A DNA stretch of 63,857 bases, the filler included, from Craspedostauros australis (lineage: Eukaryota): the NCBI GenBank assembly GCA_030167865.1. It is 6 parts of 6 records of this genome, joined end to end, with 100 filler letters (N's around TTAATTAATTAA, not from the genome) between each part and the next. Parts side by side here need not be neighbours in the genome. Positions count along the whole stretch, not along the records: positions 21,336 to 52,422 come from JALAGF010004320.1; 5 more parts are not named here. One strand, given 5' to 3'. The first letter of the stretch is position 1. Every line of letters begins with the position of its first letter. Below, one piece after another: positions 33,818 through 46,978 of the stretch. The position numbers were made by a program, and so were the translations under genes. The notes under the pieces are model-generated. The model did not search any database and was not told the origin of the DNA. It saw only the letters and a program-made list of their open reading frames with translations.

Positions 33818-35767
33818 CTTGGGAGATGCAGAGTTGTGCCTGCGCTGCGTTTGTGTTGCCTTCTTGCCTTCCTGTCTTCTTGCGTTCTTGTCTTCTTGCT
33901 CGTCGCAGTACTGATACGTGCGAGTGCGATCAAGAGCTGCTCTGCTCAACGATTCTCGTCTTCGCTTTCGTTTTTCTTGTTCGCTTTTGTGGTTGCCACC
34001 ACCTTGCGCTTCTCCTTTGTTTCTGGATACTCTCGACTTGCGGTTGCGATTGTTGTTGCTATCCAGCCGTGTGCTTGGCTGTGGCAATGCCTCTTGGCAG
34101 GGTGGCTGGTGCTGAGGATGCCGGGGGAGGCTTCACGACGATGCTTTTTGGGAATTTGTGTGCCCTCACTGCTTGCGTCGGTGCGTGTTCGGCAGTACAC
34201 ACGATGGTTCTCGTGGTGTTGGTTATGGCGTCCGGAACGTCGCAGTTGTTCGTGGTGTGGCTCTTTGGTTGGAAGTTGCGGAAGAACGTGTTAATTCTGT
34301 TGGCACCAAAAATTTATGAGATCGATCTGGCGATCTCTTGCCTCTTTGTCGTTGGCGTCAACAAATTCGGCGCATCTCCTGTGTCTCTCAGTCGCGTCTT
34401 CCTCTCTCCTCACTCTTGCGCACCTGAATGTGTTGGTCTCCAAGCCTTCATTCCGCGCTTCAATCATTCCCAAACACAGAACAAGCAAGATCCCATTCCC
34501 CATTCACCAGCTCATCCATTCTCTCCTCCACACTCGCTCATTCACACATCAAACAAGAAGCACGCTCCCCTTGGCGCAGTCACACAAAGTGCGAGTATCA
34601 CGAGGGGCATGAATGATGTTGATTGCTCAATCAGGACCAAGATCACGCCCCTCGACCAAGATTTGTTCGTGTTCGGGTTTTTTCTCGAAGCACATGATTT
34701 GGCGCCAGATGTGACTCGACCAGGACTGCAACAGCGCCTTCTCTTGTTACGAGTGCTCCCCACACACTGCCCCTCTCTTCACAGATAGATGAAGAGATAA
34801 ATGTCTTCCGTACGAATCGAACATATCCCGCATCGCATCCATAATGCGTGACAACACATCCCCCCTGCTCAATCCAAAATCGGACTCGAAAGGATATCGT
34901 TTCGGTTTGGTCTTCCTACGATTGAATTCGATTCACTTTCGTGATGTTGGTTTGGTTGCGGAGATAGATCTATTCCAAGCAAGCGATCTGCGATTGCATT
35001 TCCTGCTTGGCAGCAGGTCTTGTCAGAGAGGTGATTTTGATCACATGGCAGCCAGTGCGAACTGAACGAAGCGTGCCCTGCTCTACGACTGCACCATTGT
35101 ACGTACGTACAAGGATCCGTGCGCAAGCTTCTTCGCGATTGATTTTGGTTGCATTCTTCTGATCTTGCTTGGGGTGATCAGTTCGCACACTTCCGAGATA
35201 CAGCTGCATACAGATGGCGGTCGTAAAGGGACACTCGTACGACTACTCTATCTATTTGCGAGCGTGTGCTGGGTGTCAACTTCTGCCATGGAACATTTGT
35301 CAACGAGGAGTCGTGGGACGGGAGGTGACATCTTTGCACATGATTTGATTGATCTCAATTCTATCCAAGAGGCAAGGAAGCGTGTCGTGTTTCGTTCACT
35401 GTTGGAAAGTGAGGGCAGAGTGAGGTAGAAGCTTTGGGGATGGGAGAACCCTGCCAGGGGCAGTGGGGATGTTGTACGGATACCGTACCGATGGGTCGCA
35501 GGCCGCACCCCATGGTACGCACTCTCGCTTCATAGATGCCTTGGAGGGTTGGCGATGTCAACTTGATTCGTAGGTGGGAGGTCTGTAGTTAGATGTCTAG
35601 AGAAAGGGAGAGAGAGAGGCCACAACGGGCAGCAGAACTCGTCGAGACGAACAGAGTAAAATTGAGTTGTGTCGCATCGGCTGCTACGTATTCTATGACA
35701 CTGTTTACTCGTAGAGTAGATCGCAGAGTACTCCGTTTGCATACCAACAGTGCCAAAGGCAAAAGCA

Positions 35768-36820
35768 TCAGTCGCCAAAGACGACGCATCGATTGTTGTA
35801 CACGATGACGCGATCCTCCAAATGGGCCTCCAGCGCCTTCGACAGCACGGTGCCTTCCAGTATCCGTCCCTTGCGCATGAGATCGGGCACTGTATCGCGG
35901 TGCGTCACGGACAGCACGTCTTGCGTGATGATGGGGCCCTCGTCGAGATCGACGGTGGCATAGTGCGCCGTCGCTCCCACGAGCTTGACGCCACGTTCCG
36001 AGGCACGTTGGTACGGGCTGCCGCCGCTGAATGCTGGCAGGAAGGAATGGTGGATATTGATGATGCGGTTGGGGAATTGCTGCAGGAAGGAATCCGTCAG
36101 CACCTGCATGTACCTCGCCAGCACCACGACGTCGACGTCCTTGAGCAACTCCAGCTGCTTGGCTTCTTGCTCCTGCTTGTTCTGGGCCGTCACGGGCAAC
36201 ACGTGGTACGGCAGATCGAAGGTGTCCGCCACATGACGTAGAGTCTCATGGTTGCTGATGATGACCTCGATGTCCATGTCGAGCTCGTGCGCGGAATGGC
36301 GCAGCAGCAGCTCCCACAGGCAACGGTCGTACTTGGACACCATGATGCCGACCTTCGGCTTGCGATCGCGCCAGTTCAAGATGGGCTCCAACCCCATCCG
36401 GTCGCAAACATCGTCAATTTCTTGTTGGCATGCGACTTTGTCGATGCTGGCGGCGTCTGCAATGATAGCATCGTGGTTATCGTATTCAAAGGCAATGCGC
36501 TGAAAGAACTTTTCATGGTTGCGATCGACCCACTGCTCGCTGTTGGTGATGCTGCAGCCGTATCTTCCCAGGATCTGAGTGCAGGCTGCGACAATTCCAG
36601 TCTGGTCCGGTCCGGTCACGCGCAACGTTCCCCAAGCTCTTCCTTTCTTTGTTGGTTTGGGTGTTGTCGTCGGCGGTCGCGATGGCATCGACAACGACGA
36701 CGTGAATAGTCGCGTTCGTCTACTCCGGCTTGCACAGCTCGCCTGTGCGGTTGGCCTGGCGAAAACTACTCCAGAGCGGATCGGCAGACGGCGCAGCGCT
36801 GATGACGAGCGTGACAACAT
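35768..36820 (-). CDS. purU: Formyltetrahydrofolate deformylase (ACT + formyltransferase domains) with mitochondrial-type presequence
   Basis: GPDQTGIVA, VSKYDRCL, ISNH, VVLARYMQVL, INIHHSFLPAF, RGVKLVGATAHY and LDEGPII; Arg/Ser-rich N-terminus. Confidence 0.95.
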   Translation of the reverse strand: MLSRSSSALRRLPIRSGVVFARPTAQASCASRSRRTRLFTSSLSMPSRPPTTTPKPTKKGRAWGTLRVTGPDQTGIVAACTQILGRYGCSITNSEQWVDRNHEKFFQRIAFEYDNHDAIIADAASIDKVACQQEIDDVCDRMGLEPILNWRDRKPKVGIMVSKYDRCLWELLLRHSAHELDMDIEVIISNHETLRHVADTFDLPYHVLPVTAQNKQEQEAKQLELLKDVDVVVLARYMQVLTDSFLQQFPNRIINIHHSFLPAFSGGSPYQRASERGVKLVGATAHYATVDLDEGPIITQDVLSVTHRDTVPDLMRKGRILEGTVLSKALEAHLEDRVIVYNNRCVVFGD

Positions 36821-37307
36821 CTCTTCTTCGATAGATCCAACGTGGATGTATGCTCGGAGTACAACGGTGCTTCTGATGCTGCTCTGCTCTACTTTAATCT
36901 ACTTTAATTGATGTTCTCTTTATCGTTGTTTGAAAAGAGTCGAGGATGATGTAATACACGGATCTTGTCAGAGCAGCATCGCATGCTCCGGATGAGTGGC
37001 AACAGCTTCCGCGGAGGGTCATGGAATGGAGCCAGTCGACGCCAACTTTCATGGATCGCTGTCCTTTTGTGCGTTGACACCACAAGTTCTCTTTGTGTAG
37101 TCGTATTAGTCGGATACACGATCTTGGGAAAAGATCCGCCATCATCATGACCATCGCGGTCGTGACCATCATCCTTCCCGACAACACAGGAGGTCCCACA
37201 ATCAAGAGAAAGAACAACTCCCAGCAGTATCGTCTGGACGCTGAGCAAACAAAAGGCAGCGGCATACGACTCACACCTACAGAGTACTGATAGAGCAGTG
37301 TATTACG

Positions 37308-37967
37308 ATGCAAAGAACGCGCGGAAGGACCATTCTGGGACATTTGCTCATCGTTCTTCTCGTCTTGGCCAACAACATCGCAGTTCCCGTCGCCAGCTTC
37401 CTGCTTCTGCCTTGCGCAACTCGCGCAGCATCCATCCAAGACAGTTGCTTGCAGCAGTCGTCGAACTCCCAATCCGCAGACATCGACGCGACAGCCAAGA
37501 TGGCGCCCAAGATCCCGCAGTGGTTCCAGCACGAGATCACCATCACGGCGCCTAAGCGCGGTTGCCATCTCATCACCAACGACATCCTCAAGGCCGCACC
37601 GGAGATCTCCCAACTGCAAATGGGGCTGTGCAACCTCTTCGTGCAGCACACATCAGCGTCGCTCACGATCAATGAGAATGCCGATCCCGACGTGCGACGT
37701 GACATGGAGGTGGCGATGAACAAGATCATTCCGGCCGAATGGAATCGCGATGGGACCTTTCGGCACACCATGGAGGGAGATGACGATATGCCCGGGCATG
37801 TCAAGTCGAGTCTCATGGGTGTCAGCCTGAACATTCCCATCCGCAATGGTCGGTTGGCGTTGGGGACCTGGCAGGGTATCTACCTCAACGAGCACCGTGA
37901 TCAAGGTGGTTGGGGCGGCGGCCACGCCAGGCACATCGTCATCACATTGCAGGGCGTATCCAAGTGA
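37308..37967 (+). CDS. yjbQ: YjbQ/UPF0047 family protein (alternative start at 37500)
   Basis: RGCHLIT, QHTSASLTINENADPDVRRD, HTMEGDDDMPGHVKSSL and LGTWQGIYLNEHR. Confidence 0.93.
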   Translation: MQRTRGRTILGHLLIVLLVLANNIAVPVASFLLLPCATRAASIQDSCLQQSSNSQSADIDATAKMAPKIPQWFQHEITITAPKRGCHLITNDILKAAPEISQLQMGLCNLFVQHTSASLTINENADPDVRRDMEVAMNKIIPAEWNRDGTFRHTMEGDDDMPGHVKSSLMGVSLNIPIRNGRLALGTWQGIYLNEHRDQGGWGGGHARHIVITLQGVSK

Positions 37968-38399
37968 GTTCTGCGAACATACGGGTACGTATAGTACACG
38001 GATGGAGGCCTGAATGTACATGTATGCATCAAAGTACTCGCAGATGTGCGAATGCGGTGGTGGAAAGCCAACATCCATGTGCTCCAGTACACGATGGCCA
38101 CTCTCTGCAGTAGTTCCAACATATACAATAACTATTCGTGGTGCTTAGTCTTTCCTTGTTTCCTTTCTTTTCCGTTCATTTCATTGTATGCGGTGATTGT
38201 CTTGTTTGCTCCCTCTTTGTCAGTCGGTCACAACTGTGCACAGTACTGTGACGAATCAAGCCTACGTGGATCTTGGATAGAGTAATGTGTTGCACTCGAG
38301 CTAGTTGTACCTTTTGGGATTGGCACGCAGCATGCATGCATGACTCTTTACATCCGGTCGGCAATTCCATCGTCGGCATCCGTCCGTACATGATGGAGT

Positions 38400-40247
38400 T
38401 TACTCGCTTCCGTAGAAGGTGACCGATCGGTTGGAGCCGCTGCTGGTGGCGATCCACTGGCTGGATGGTCCCCACGTGATGCCCGTGATCTTCTTGCCGC
38501 TGTACTTGGCGGTGACACCCCATTCTTTGACCGTTGTGACGACGACGCCGGAGGAGCCACCGTACGCCAGATACTTGCCGCCGTGATCGTAGGCCAGGCA
38601 GGACACGCTCGAGAGCTCCTCGTCGTCGCCCGTGTTGAGCGTCGTCATGACCTTCTGCTTTCGCAGATCCCATGCCTTGACTGCGCCGGAAGCGTGGCAG
38701 GATGCCAGGTGGTATCCGTTGTTGGAGAATTCGATGGCAGTGATGGCATCCGATTCGTCTCCGTCCTGTTCAAGTTGTTGTGTGTTGCATGTGTTGTGGT
38801 TTGCATTTGATGGTTGGTGTTGACGATTGATTGTGTTTGAAGAGATGCATGGATGAATGAGTGAAGGCAACGGCAATCAAATAGAAATAGAGTCGACAAA
38901 TACGGTACGGAAGAGGACGGTTGAGAATGTGTGAGAAGACAGCAAAGAAGTCACCGTCTTGAAAGGCTCTCCGCATAGTATGGAATACAGACATGACGTA
39001 ACATTCGCGTGAACATGGGGATATCCTGGTACTCCGATTGCGCTTGCTCAGTTGCTTACCTCCATTGTACTGGCCAAAGACTTGTTCTTGAAATCCCACA
39101 GATCGATGGATCCGGTGGATGTGGCGGAAGCGTATATAAGACCATCGGGGTGCAAGACGCCGGAGGTGTATTTGGTGGATGACGATTGCGTGAATGTGGA
39201 GATGAGGGAGAGACCATCGTCGGTGATGCCCAAGACCAGAACGGCCCCTGCCGATGTGCAGGCAATGACGTGGGCCTTGGTGGGATGCAGGCGTACATCG
39301 ACGAGCTTGCCGTCGTCGATGGAGTAGGATCCGACGGTGTTGCCGTCGGTGTAGTCGAGGAGGGTGACCTTGGTGGAACTGTGCGCGGCGACGACGTACT
39401 GGTCGTTCATGTCCAGGGTGATTGTGCTGGAGACGGAGAAGGAGTGCAGGACGACCTTCTTGTCCGAATCGTAGACGATGACCTGCTTGTCCTTGCCGGC
39501 GGTGGCGACGAAGTTTCCGTGCGATGCGATGCTGAGGATGGCCTTGCAGCTGGACTTGTGCCAGTTCTTGGCGTCGGAGTTGTCGTCGAAGTCTGACTTG
39601 AGGGCATCTGCCGATGGTGCCGCGGCGGCTGCGGCCTTGACCATGGCCTTTCGCTTGGCGTGCAATTCGTTGCGGACCTTCTCCATCTGATCTACGTGCG
39701 ACTGCGGGATGTCGTTGTCCATGGGACCGGAGGGCTCCGTCTTGAGCCTTTTGGTGGCCGGCTCCGCACCGCTGGCGTCGCCGCCGGACGCCTTCCACTG
39801 CGCCAATTCCTGGCGGGCGGCGTCGCGCTCCTGCGAGAGACGCGCCACGACGCGCACGGCCGCATCGTTCTGGTACAGCGCCTGCGACAGCTCCCGGCGC
39901 GTCTCCTCTAGGGCCTTGCGCGTGTCAAAGAGGTCCAGCACCAGCGCGTCGTACTCCTTCTGGAGCAATCCCAGGAGCGAGGGCAGCGAGGAGGCGGGGT
40001 TGGGTCTCGGAGGCACGACGGTTCCGGACCTGCTGACTTCGATGAGATCGTCCTCGGAGAGCGGTCTGGCGGAGCCCTTGTCGTCCCCGGAAGCAGCCTC
40101 GAAGGGATCCACGCCGCCGTTCTCCGCGAGCTTGGTGAGCAGCAGGTTCTTGAAGCACACATGGCCGGACGGGGTGACGACGATCGTCTGGTTTTCGGTG
40201 GCGGTCGCCAAGGCCTGGCCTGAGAGTTGACAGAGTCCTGCAAACAT
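38400..40247 (-). CDS. PRP19: Pre-mRNA processing factor 19 (U-box, Prp19 coiled coil, WD40); exons 40247-39060 and 38765-38400, ~517 aa
   Basis: CQLSG...PSGHV U-box, SLPSLLGLLQKEYDALVL...TRRELSQALYQNDAAVRVVARL, LHPDGL and IEFSNNGYHLA; phase-0 GT-AG intron 38766-39059. Confidence 0.95.
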
Positions 40248-41409
40248 CTTGCTCCTCTTTCTGGTCTTTTCGGTTCCGTTGGGTTTGCGTTTCTTTGTTG
40301 GATTGGATTGAGTTGGAGGGTTGGGTTGAGTTGTTTTGTGTCGTTCTTGGCAGGTGCAGTTGTTGCTCTGCTGTCCTGTTGCCCTTGATGAGGTTGTTGG
40401 AGGTGGTGGTTGCGCAGATCGTTGATGGGTTGCGCGTGTTGAGAGATGGGTGGAAGAAACAACAAAATGCCAAAAACGGGTTGGGTTTGTTGGTTTCGGA
40501 AATGTTTGGCTTGGCCGATAACCCGATGGAGATGCGTTGACTTGTTGGACTGCTTTAATCGTTTTCGAATCGTGACAATCGGTGGCTGGTTTGGGCCTAA
40601 CTCAGTCATTTCGGTGATTTTCCCAACGGCCGCAACTGCCACCGTGACGACACCAAGACAAGCAGCGATCCAGGCACTGGGTTTCTTGGTGGGATGTTGG
40701 CGCACCGCGTTGTGGTAAACAGCGGTACGAGTGGGGAACGGGAGCGAAGCACGAAGAGGCGGCTTCGTCTCCCACCGCGACGGTCATCTTCGTCTGCGTC
40801 TTCAGCTGCACCAACATCAGCATCAGCATTGGAAGCACGTGTCCAGCGACGATTCCACTGCATCCAACTCGACTTTCCGCGAGCGTTGGACAACCGTCAT
40901 TCGCGACCATTGTCATCGCTGTCATTGCGACCATCGCAAGCGCCGCCATTGCCACCATTGTCGCAGGTGCCTGAGCTGACACTTGATCAGAGGAGAAGTA
41001 CTGCGCTGTCTATTGCAACGGACGCAGAGTCGTCGACCTCCGGCTGAACCCCAACATCTGCGGAGACCTCCACAGTTCCATTCATCCATTCATTCATCCA
41101 TTCGCCCGCTCAATCGCAGTATCTGTAGCAACGGCAGCAACCGCAGCGAAGGATACATCCAATTGGAATAGGAGCGTATTGGAACATAAAGTATAATACG
41201 AGCAAGGAGCAGCAAAGGATTGCGAAGTCTCAAGCTGAAAATAAGCATTGCACAACAGAACTGGAGAGGACGTGTGCCATTCGACTCCGCGTCATCTGAT
41301 TCAGTCACTTCTGCGACCACCGCGCCACGTTCAGAGCGCTACCGTGCAGAGTGGACACTGTGGACACTGTGGACTGTGGAACGCAGAGCAAACAAAAGAA
41401 AGACCGAGC

Positions 41410-44400
41410 ATGTCGCTGACCTCATCCAACTCGCACATGGCCGACAGGCACCATGGGATCTGTCAGGGATCGTTGTGGAGGCAGTGCGCAGCATTGTCAT
41501 CATCTGCTGCCGCGTCGACCTCCTCGGCATCCATGTCATCCGTGTCTTCATCGTCTCCCTACAAAAGGGGCACATCAACCTCCGCAAGGAGATCGTCATC
41601 CTCGTCCAGCGCCCTGACGTCCATGTCGCCTCACCCAACAACCTCCGGTCGCATCAACGAATACTGCGTGTTGGCGGGCGTTCAACTCAGCACGTACGAA
41701 TCCATGCAGGCATGGGTGCGCGGGGACTATCCTGTTGCCACCTTCACCATCGTCGGTGCCACATCCGCTAATTCGCTCACCAGCGGCAGCAGGCCCACGT
41801 CCTTCCGGCTGGTCACCAACCAGGGCACGCAGGTCACCTGCACGGCACCCACAAGGCACTGCAGAGACACGTGGTTGGCAGCCTTCCAGGCCAGCCTCGA
41901 AGGCAAACTGCATTCGCTCAATGCATCCACCGATTGCGACGACGGCGACAACGGCGACGACGACGCGCTCTTGCCCAAGCTAAAACCAAAGCATTACACG
42001 CAGACGCCGGCCAGATTTTGCAGATCGTGCGGCAAGGTGGAGCGGTTGGAGTTTCCGCTGTGCGGCAAGGCAGCGCCTCTTCCTGCCTACGGTCTGGAGG
42101 AGCGCTGCGACTTGTGCAAGCACTGTCTCGTCAGCCAGGGCATGGTGGATCAGGCCAATCACATCCACACGCTCTACGCGTCGGCTTCGTTTGAACTCAA
42201 CGCCCTGCTCACGGCGAGGCGCCTTCTGTGGGGGCGGTTGGCCAAGCGGGAGCCGTCCGGCGATATCGCCGACACATCCCAATCCGCAACGACTTCCACT
42301 GCCACAACCACGAACGACGACTCGCAGGATGAGGTGGATAGATTATCGCTGCACTACAATCAGCGGGAACACCAATGGGTGCCATCGGATACGTCGACGT
42401 GGCTCTTTGAGAAGGTGCTGGTGTCGCAAGAGTTTGTGGCGTGCAAACGGGTGTCGCCGATCCTGGAGAGCCTGTGCCATCAGTACCTCTCGGGCATCAT
42501 GGGGTTGTTGGAGTTTTTGGAGCAGCTCGATCAGGCGGTTGGGAGTCGCGAGGGGACGGATTCGCTCAACGAGCTCAAGAAGCAGGCATTCCGCGTCGCC
42601 GGAGACATGGGGACGGCGATGAAGATGCTGCAGGAGCAGGCCGTACCGAATGATACGGCAGGCTCACGATCCTTCACATCAGCGGCATCGCGCAATGGAT
42701 CAGACGACGCGGCCACCTCCACGGACACGGATCTCCTGCAATGCATCTTGGAATTCCTTCTGGAATTGGCAGCGGACGGAGAGCTGCAGTCACTGGCCTT
42801 CTTCTTTCCGCAGATATGTGCCATCCATCTGCGCATGCTGCCACCCAGAAATCATGCGGACCTCCTGCGCGTGGAACTGATGGAGGACTTCTTGCTCACG
42901 TTGTGCTGTCGGTATTCCATCCAGCTGGGTGTTTCGCTCATCTGGACGCATCTGGCGGATCTCGATGACGCCTGGACGGCCGTGGAGCGTTCCTTCGCGG
43001 CAGGCACCATGAGCAGCACCTTCACATCATCCACCGCGTCCAGCACGATGTACAACCTTTCGCCCAGCATCCAGCAGGCCTGCAGCCGCCGATTCGCGGT
43101 CTTGAGGTTCCTGTGCGAGCTCGAATCGTTGCTCTTTGACTTTGACAGCGGCTGGGGTGGCGGATCCGTCACGGTCGGCCATCTCATCCAACCGTCCAAA
43201 CACCAGGTGGCCCTCCTCAAGGGCACCGTGAAACGGATACAACGGCTTCGCGTGGAGAATCACAAATCGCGTGGACTCTCCCAATCTGTGCGTATGGACA
43301 AGCTCAGGAATGTCAAACAGACGCTGCCTCCCGAGATGATGGCCGAGGAGGCCTTGCGCGTGACCAAGAACGCCGACTATCTGTCCTCCCATCTCGTCTT
43401 CACGAAACGCCTGTGCGACATCGCGGAGAAGCTGAGATTCATGAACGTCGACGATCGCAAGGGTGCGCTGCAGAGCGAACTGAATCGCCTCAACGCATCG
43501 GGCAGCATGGGCGGTGATCCGCTGAACACCATCAGCTCCAGCCTGTCGCGTGTCGTGCGCATTCCATCCAAGGAGGGTCACGTGTTCAGGTCCAAGGAGC
43601 GCACGCCTGTCCTGCTGCTGGTGGAAATCTTGGACGAAGGCGTGCAGTTTGAAGTCGAGGCACAAGAGCGAGAACAAAAACGACAGACCATGATATTGAA
43701 ACAGAAGGACAAGCTGCGGGCGACGACGGCGGGGACGTCAGGATCCAGCAATGGTGAGATCGAGGAACAAGAAGAAAAGAAGGGTGACGAATCGACGGCT
43801 GTCACTGCGGCAGAAGCTGCCAAAATTGATGCAGAGGCAGCGAGCGAACACACGGAGCCCACCAAGGATGAAAGTGACTTGGCGGAGGAAGATTCGCCTG
43901 CAGAACAAACAGAACAAGTGTGTGAAGCTAAGGAGGAAACAAAGCACGAAGCCAAGACTGATGGCATTGCTGATGGTGATGATGAAGACGAAGACGATGA
44001 GGAGGACAAGACGACAGAACTCAAATCATCTGCGGAGTCTGAAGATGAGGAGTTCCACTCCGCTGCAGGATCCATCAACGAAGACATTGCTCAGAGCGAG
44101 CTGGAAACCCCACGGCCGCAGCCCAAAGTCGTGGTGAAGATTGACAGCAGATCGGAACTGGAGGGATCCATCACGGAGACCGAAGAGAAGGAATCGAATC
44201 GTAAGTGTCTGCGTGCTGCGCTGTTCCGCGAATGTCGAGTGGGAAGAAAAGGTGAAAGGACGCAGTGATCTTGAGTTTGAGCTTCATGTCATTGCGATCA
44301 GTGTAAAAGGGCGCATATGAGCAAACGTGTGCACAAGGGTCTGGACACCGAGCAATCTTGATCTCATTCTATTTCTACGCCCCCATTGCCATTCTTTTGG

Positions 44401-46398
44401 AATCGCATACTCTGTTGCATTCCCACCTCCGTTTATCCATCTGCGTGTTTATTTGTATTCTCCTTCATGCATTGCGTCACATGATGTTCAGATGCGCTGC
44501 GACGCTTTGACAGCCCGAAGGGCAACATGGAGAGCACGGTGACATCGAAGACACCCAGCAAAGAGATGGTGGAGCAGCTCGTGACGTCTGTCGTGTCCAA
44601 GCACCTGCAGCTGCCGGAATTGGCGATGTCCGCAGGTGTAAAGGACGGAGAAACCAAGGATGGCCAGGAGAATCCGACGGGAAGTGACACGCCCACCTCA
44701 AGTCTGTCACCGAGGAATTCCAAGCACGGCCGTGACAACGTTCGAGTTCCAACACGAAAGATTGGGTCGTTGAGCTCCCGCAACTTTGACGAGAATGACA
44801 ATTCGGATCGTGGCAACGAGACCCGTCGCAAGGTCCTGGACACGATCATGAGCAAGGGCGCAAGCCATACGCTCGCAGCAAGTGTGTCGGGCGCAGCCCA
44901 GCACTCGCTGCAGGCATTGGAGAGGAAGCGTGCTGTCGCATTGTTGCTGAAGGGGGATAGCGGCGATGGAACCGCGAGCGTGATGTCTGATGGAGATGGC
45001 GATACTGTGGACGGCGCCAGGCAAGACCTGCTGTCGCTGGGCATCGAATCGGCAAGCTCCGATGGGATGGAAGTCACAAACATGGGCCACGACTCGCAGC
45101 CAACGGAGGAAGATGAAGCGATGGAGGCAATCCGATTGCTCCTGATCCAGTACCGTGTCGCCCAAGGGCAGCTCACAGCAGACGCGGCGGCGCAGGCGCT
45201 CGCACCCGGTCCCAGGAACTACTTCGAGAGTCTGAAGACGTCCGGCACAGGCAAGGCGTGGCCGAAGATGAAGGACCCGCACGAGATGCCGCAGATCGAC
45301 TCTGGCGCTGTGGATTCACGCCTGGCGGGATGCGGGATCTTGCCACCGGCCGTGTTGCAAGCTATGACCCTGTGGAAGGGTGGCATGGTGTCCAACGGGG
45401 AGCTCCTGGAGCTCGTCAAGAAGGATCTGGAATACGCGCAACTTTCCCTGGAGCTGGAGGTGAGCAAGGACAAGCTGAGCGAGGATTCCGCGTTCTGGGG
45501 ACGGTTTGCATTCGGAGAGCGCTGGGCCGAGAAACGCTCCAGGATAGCGGCCACCAGCCCGCAGGCCAGCAAACCCGGCTGGGATTTGGTGGGAGTCATC
45601 ATCAAGTCCAACGATGATCTCCGGCAGGAAGCCTTTGTGATGCAGCTGATAGAGCTGTGCCGCGAGGCATTCCAAGACGCGGGTCTAGAGCTCTGGCTCC
45701 ATCCTTACCGCATCCTGTCGACGGGACGCACGACGGGCATCATCGAGATGGTACGCAACGCCATGTCGTTCGATGCTCTGAAGAAGCGGCCAGGGTACGG
45801 CAGCGGCGGACTGCGCGGTCATCTGCGGCGCATGACGGAATTTTCAGCCAATCCAGAGGAAGCGTTCAAGACAGCGCAGGCGAACTTTGTGAGAAGCCTC
45901 GCCGCTTACTCCCTGCTGTCCCATCTGTTCCTGTTCAAGGACAGGCACAACGGCAACATCTTGCTTGACACGGCCGGTCATGTGATCCACATCGACTTTG
46001 GATTCGTGTTCGGAATCGCGCCTGGCGGTTCGTTCAGTCTCGAGATGTCCACGCCGTTCAAGTTGACGGATGAGATGGTGCAAGTCATGGGCGGGGTGAA
46101 GTCGACGCTGTTTTCGGAATTCGTGACGTTGTTCTGCTGCGGGTTCCTGGCCCTGCAGGCCCACTGCGACATCTTCATGACCATCGTGGAGATCACGTGC
46201 AGCAGCAGCACGTTCAACTGCTTCGATGGCAGATCGACCGCCGAGATCGTGCAGCAGATGCGCGATCGGTTCCGTCCCGAATTAAACACGGAGGAGACGA
46301 TCGCGCATGCGCTGGATCTGATCAAGGATTCGGTGGATTCGTACGGGACGTCGCAGTACGATTACTTCCAGTACCTGTCGCAAGGCATCGCGACGTAA
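41410..46398 (+). CDS. Phosphatidylinositol 4-kinase (type III beta/Pik1-like) with N-terminal PH-like and Cys-rich domains; exons 41410-44200 and 44492-46398
   Basis: FRSKERTPVLL, IIKSNDDLRQE, FVRSLAAYSL, KDRHNGNILLD, IHIDFGF, PFKLT and YDYFQY. In-frame phase-1 intron 44201-44491. 5' end uncertain. Confidence 0.92.
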
Positions 46399-46978
46399 GA
46401 GGTGGGAGGAGCGAAGCGAATTGCATGCATGTTGTTGCCACGGTGAAGGTAACACTCATAGTGGAGTACGAGTAGTAGAGGTATGGTTGCAGAGTGATGT
46501 CGAGTACTCCGTAGTAGAGTATTAATACCATTTATATTCTATGGTACCATAACAGTAACAAAAGTCTGCTCACGCCGCATGCACGAGTACTCTGTGTTGT
46601 TTGCACAGCTGATGAACGTGGGTACGGCTGAAGGACTTTGTGGATGACGCAGCTGGAATGGTCTGTCTTCATTGATCTCGTGTGAAGCCTCCAGAGAGCC
46701 CGAAGCTGTTCAAAGAATAGTCTCCGGTGCACTCTCTCCTCGTACTGCTGTCGCAACCAAGACGTCTGTAATTGTTGTAATTGTTGGAATCAAAATGTAG
46801 CTGTGCTATGTTATGTGGTGGTAGGAGTATATTAGAATGGAGTGGTGCTCGTATGGCGGGGCGTTGTGATGGCCGCTGTGGAAACCTCGATGCCGTACAC
46901 ATCGTCAATACCACTCGCGCCAGTACTCTGGAGAGTACTCTGGAGTGTACGACTATGGTACAAAGACAACGCGCCGTT

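Noticed and set aside
46918..46950. Short direct/inverted AGTACTCTGGAG repeats downstream of the EamA gene
   Set aside because: Only two units with no spacers; not CRISPR-like and no supportable function.
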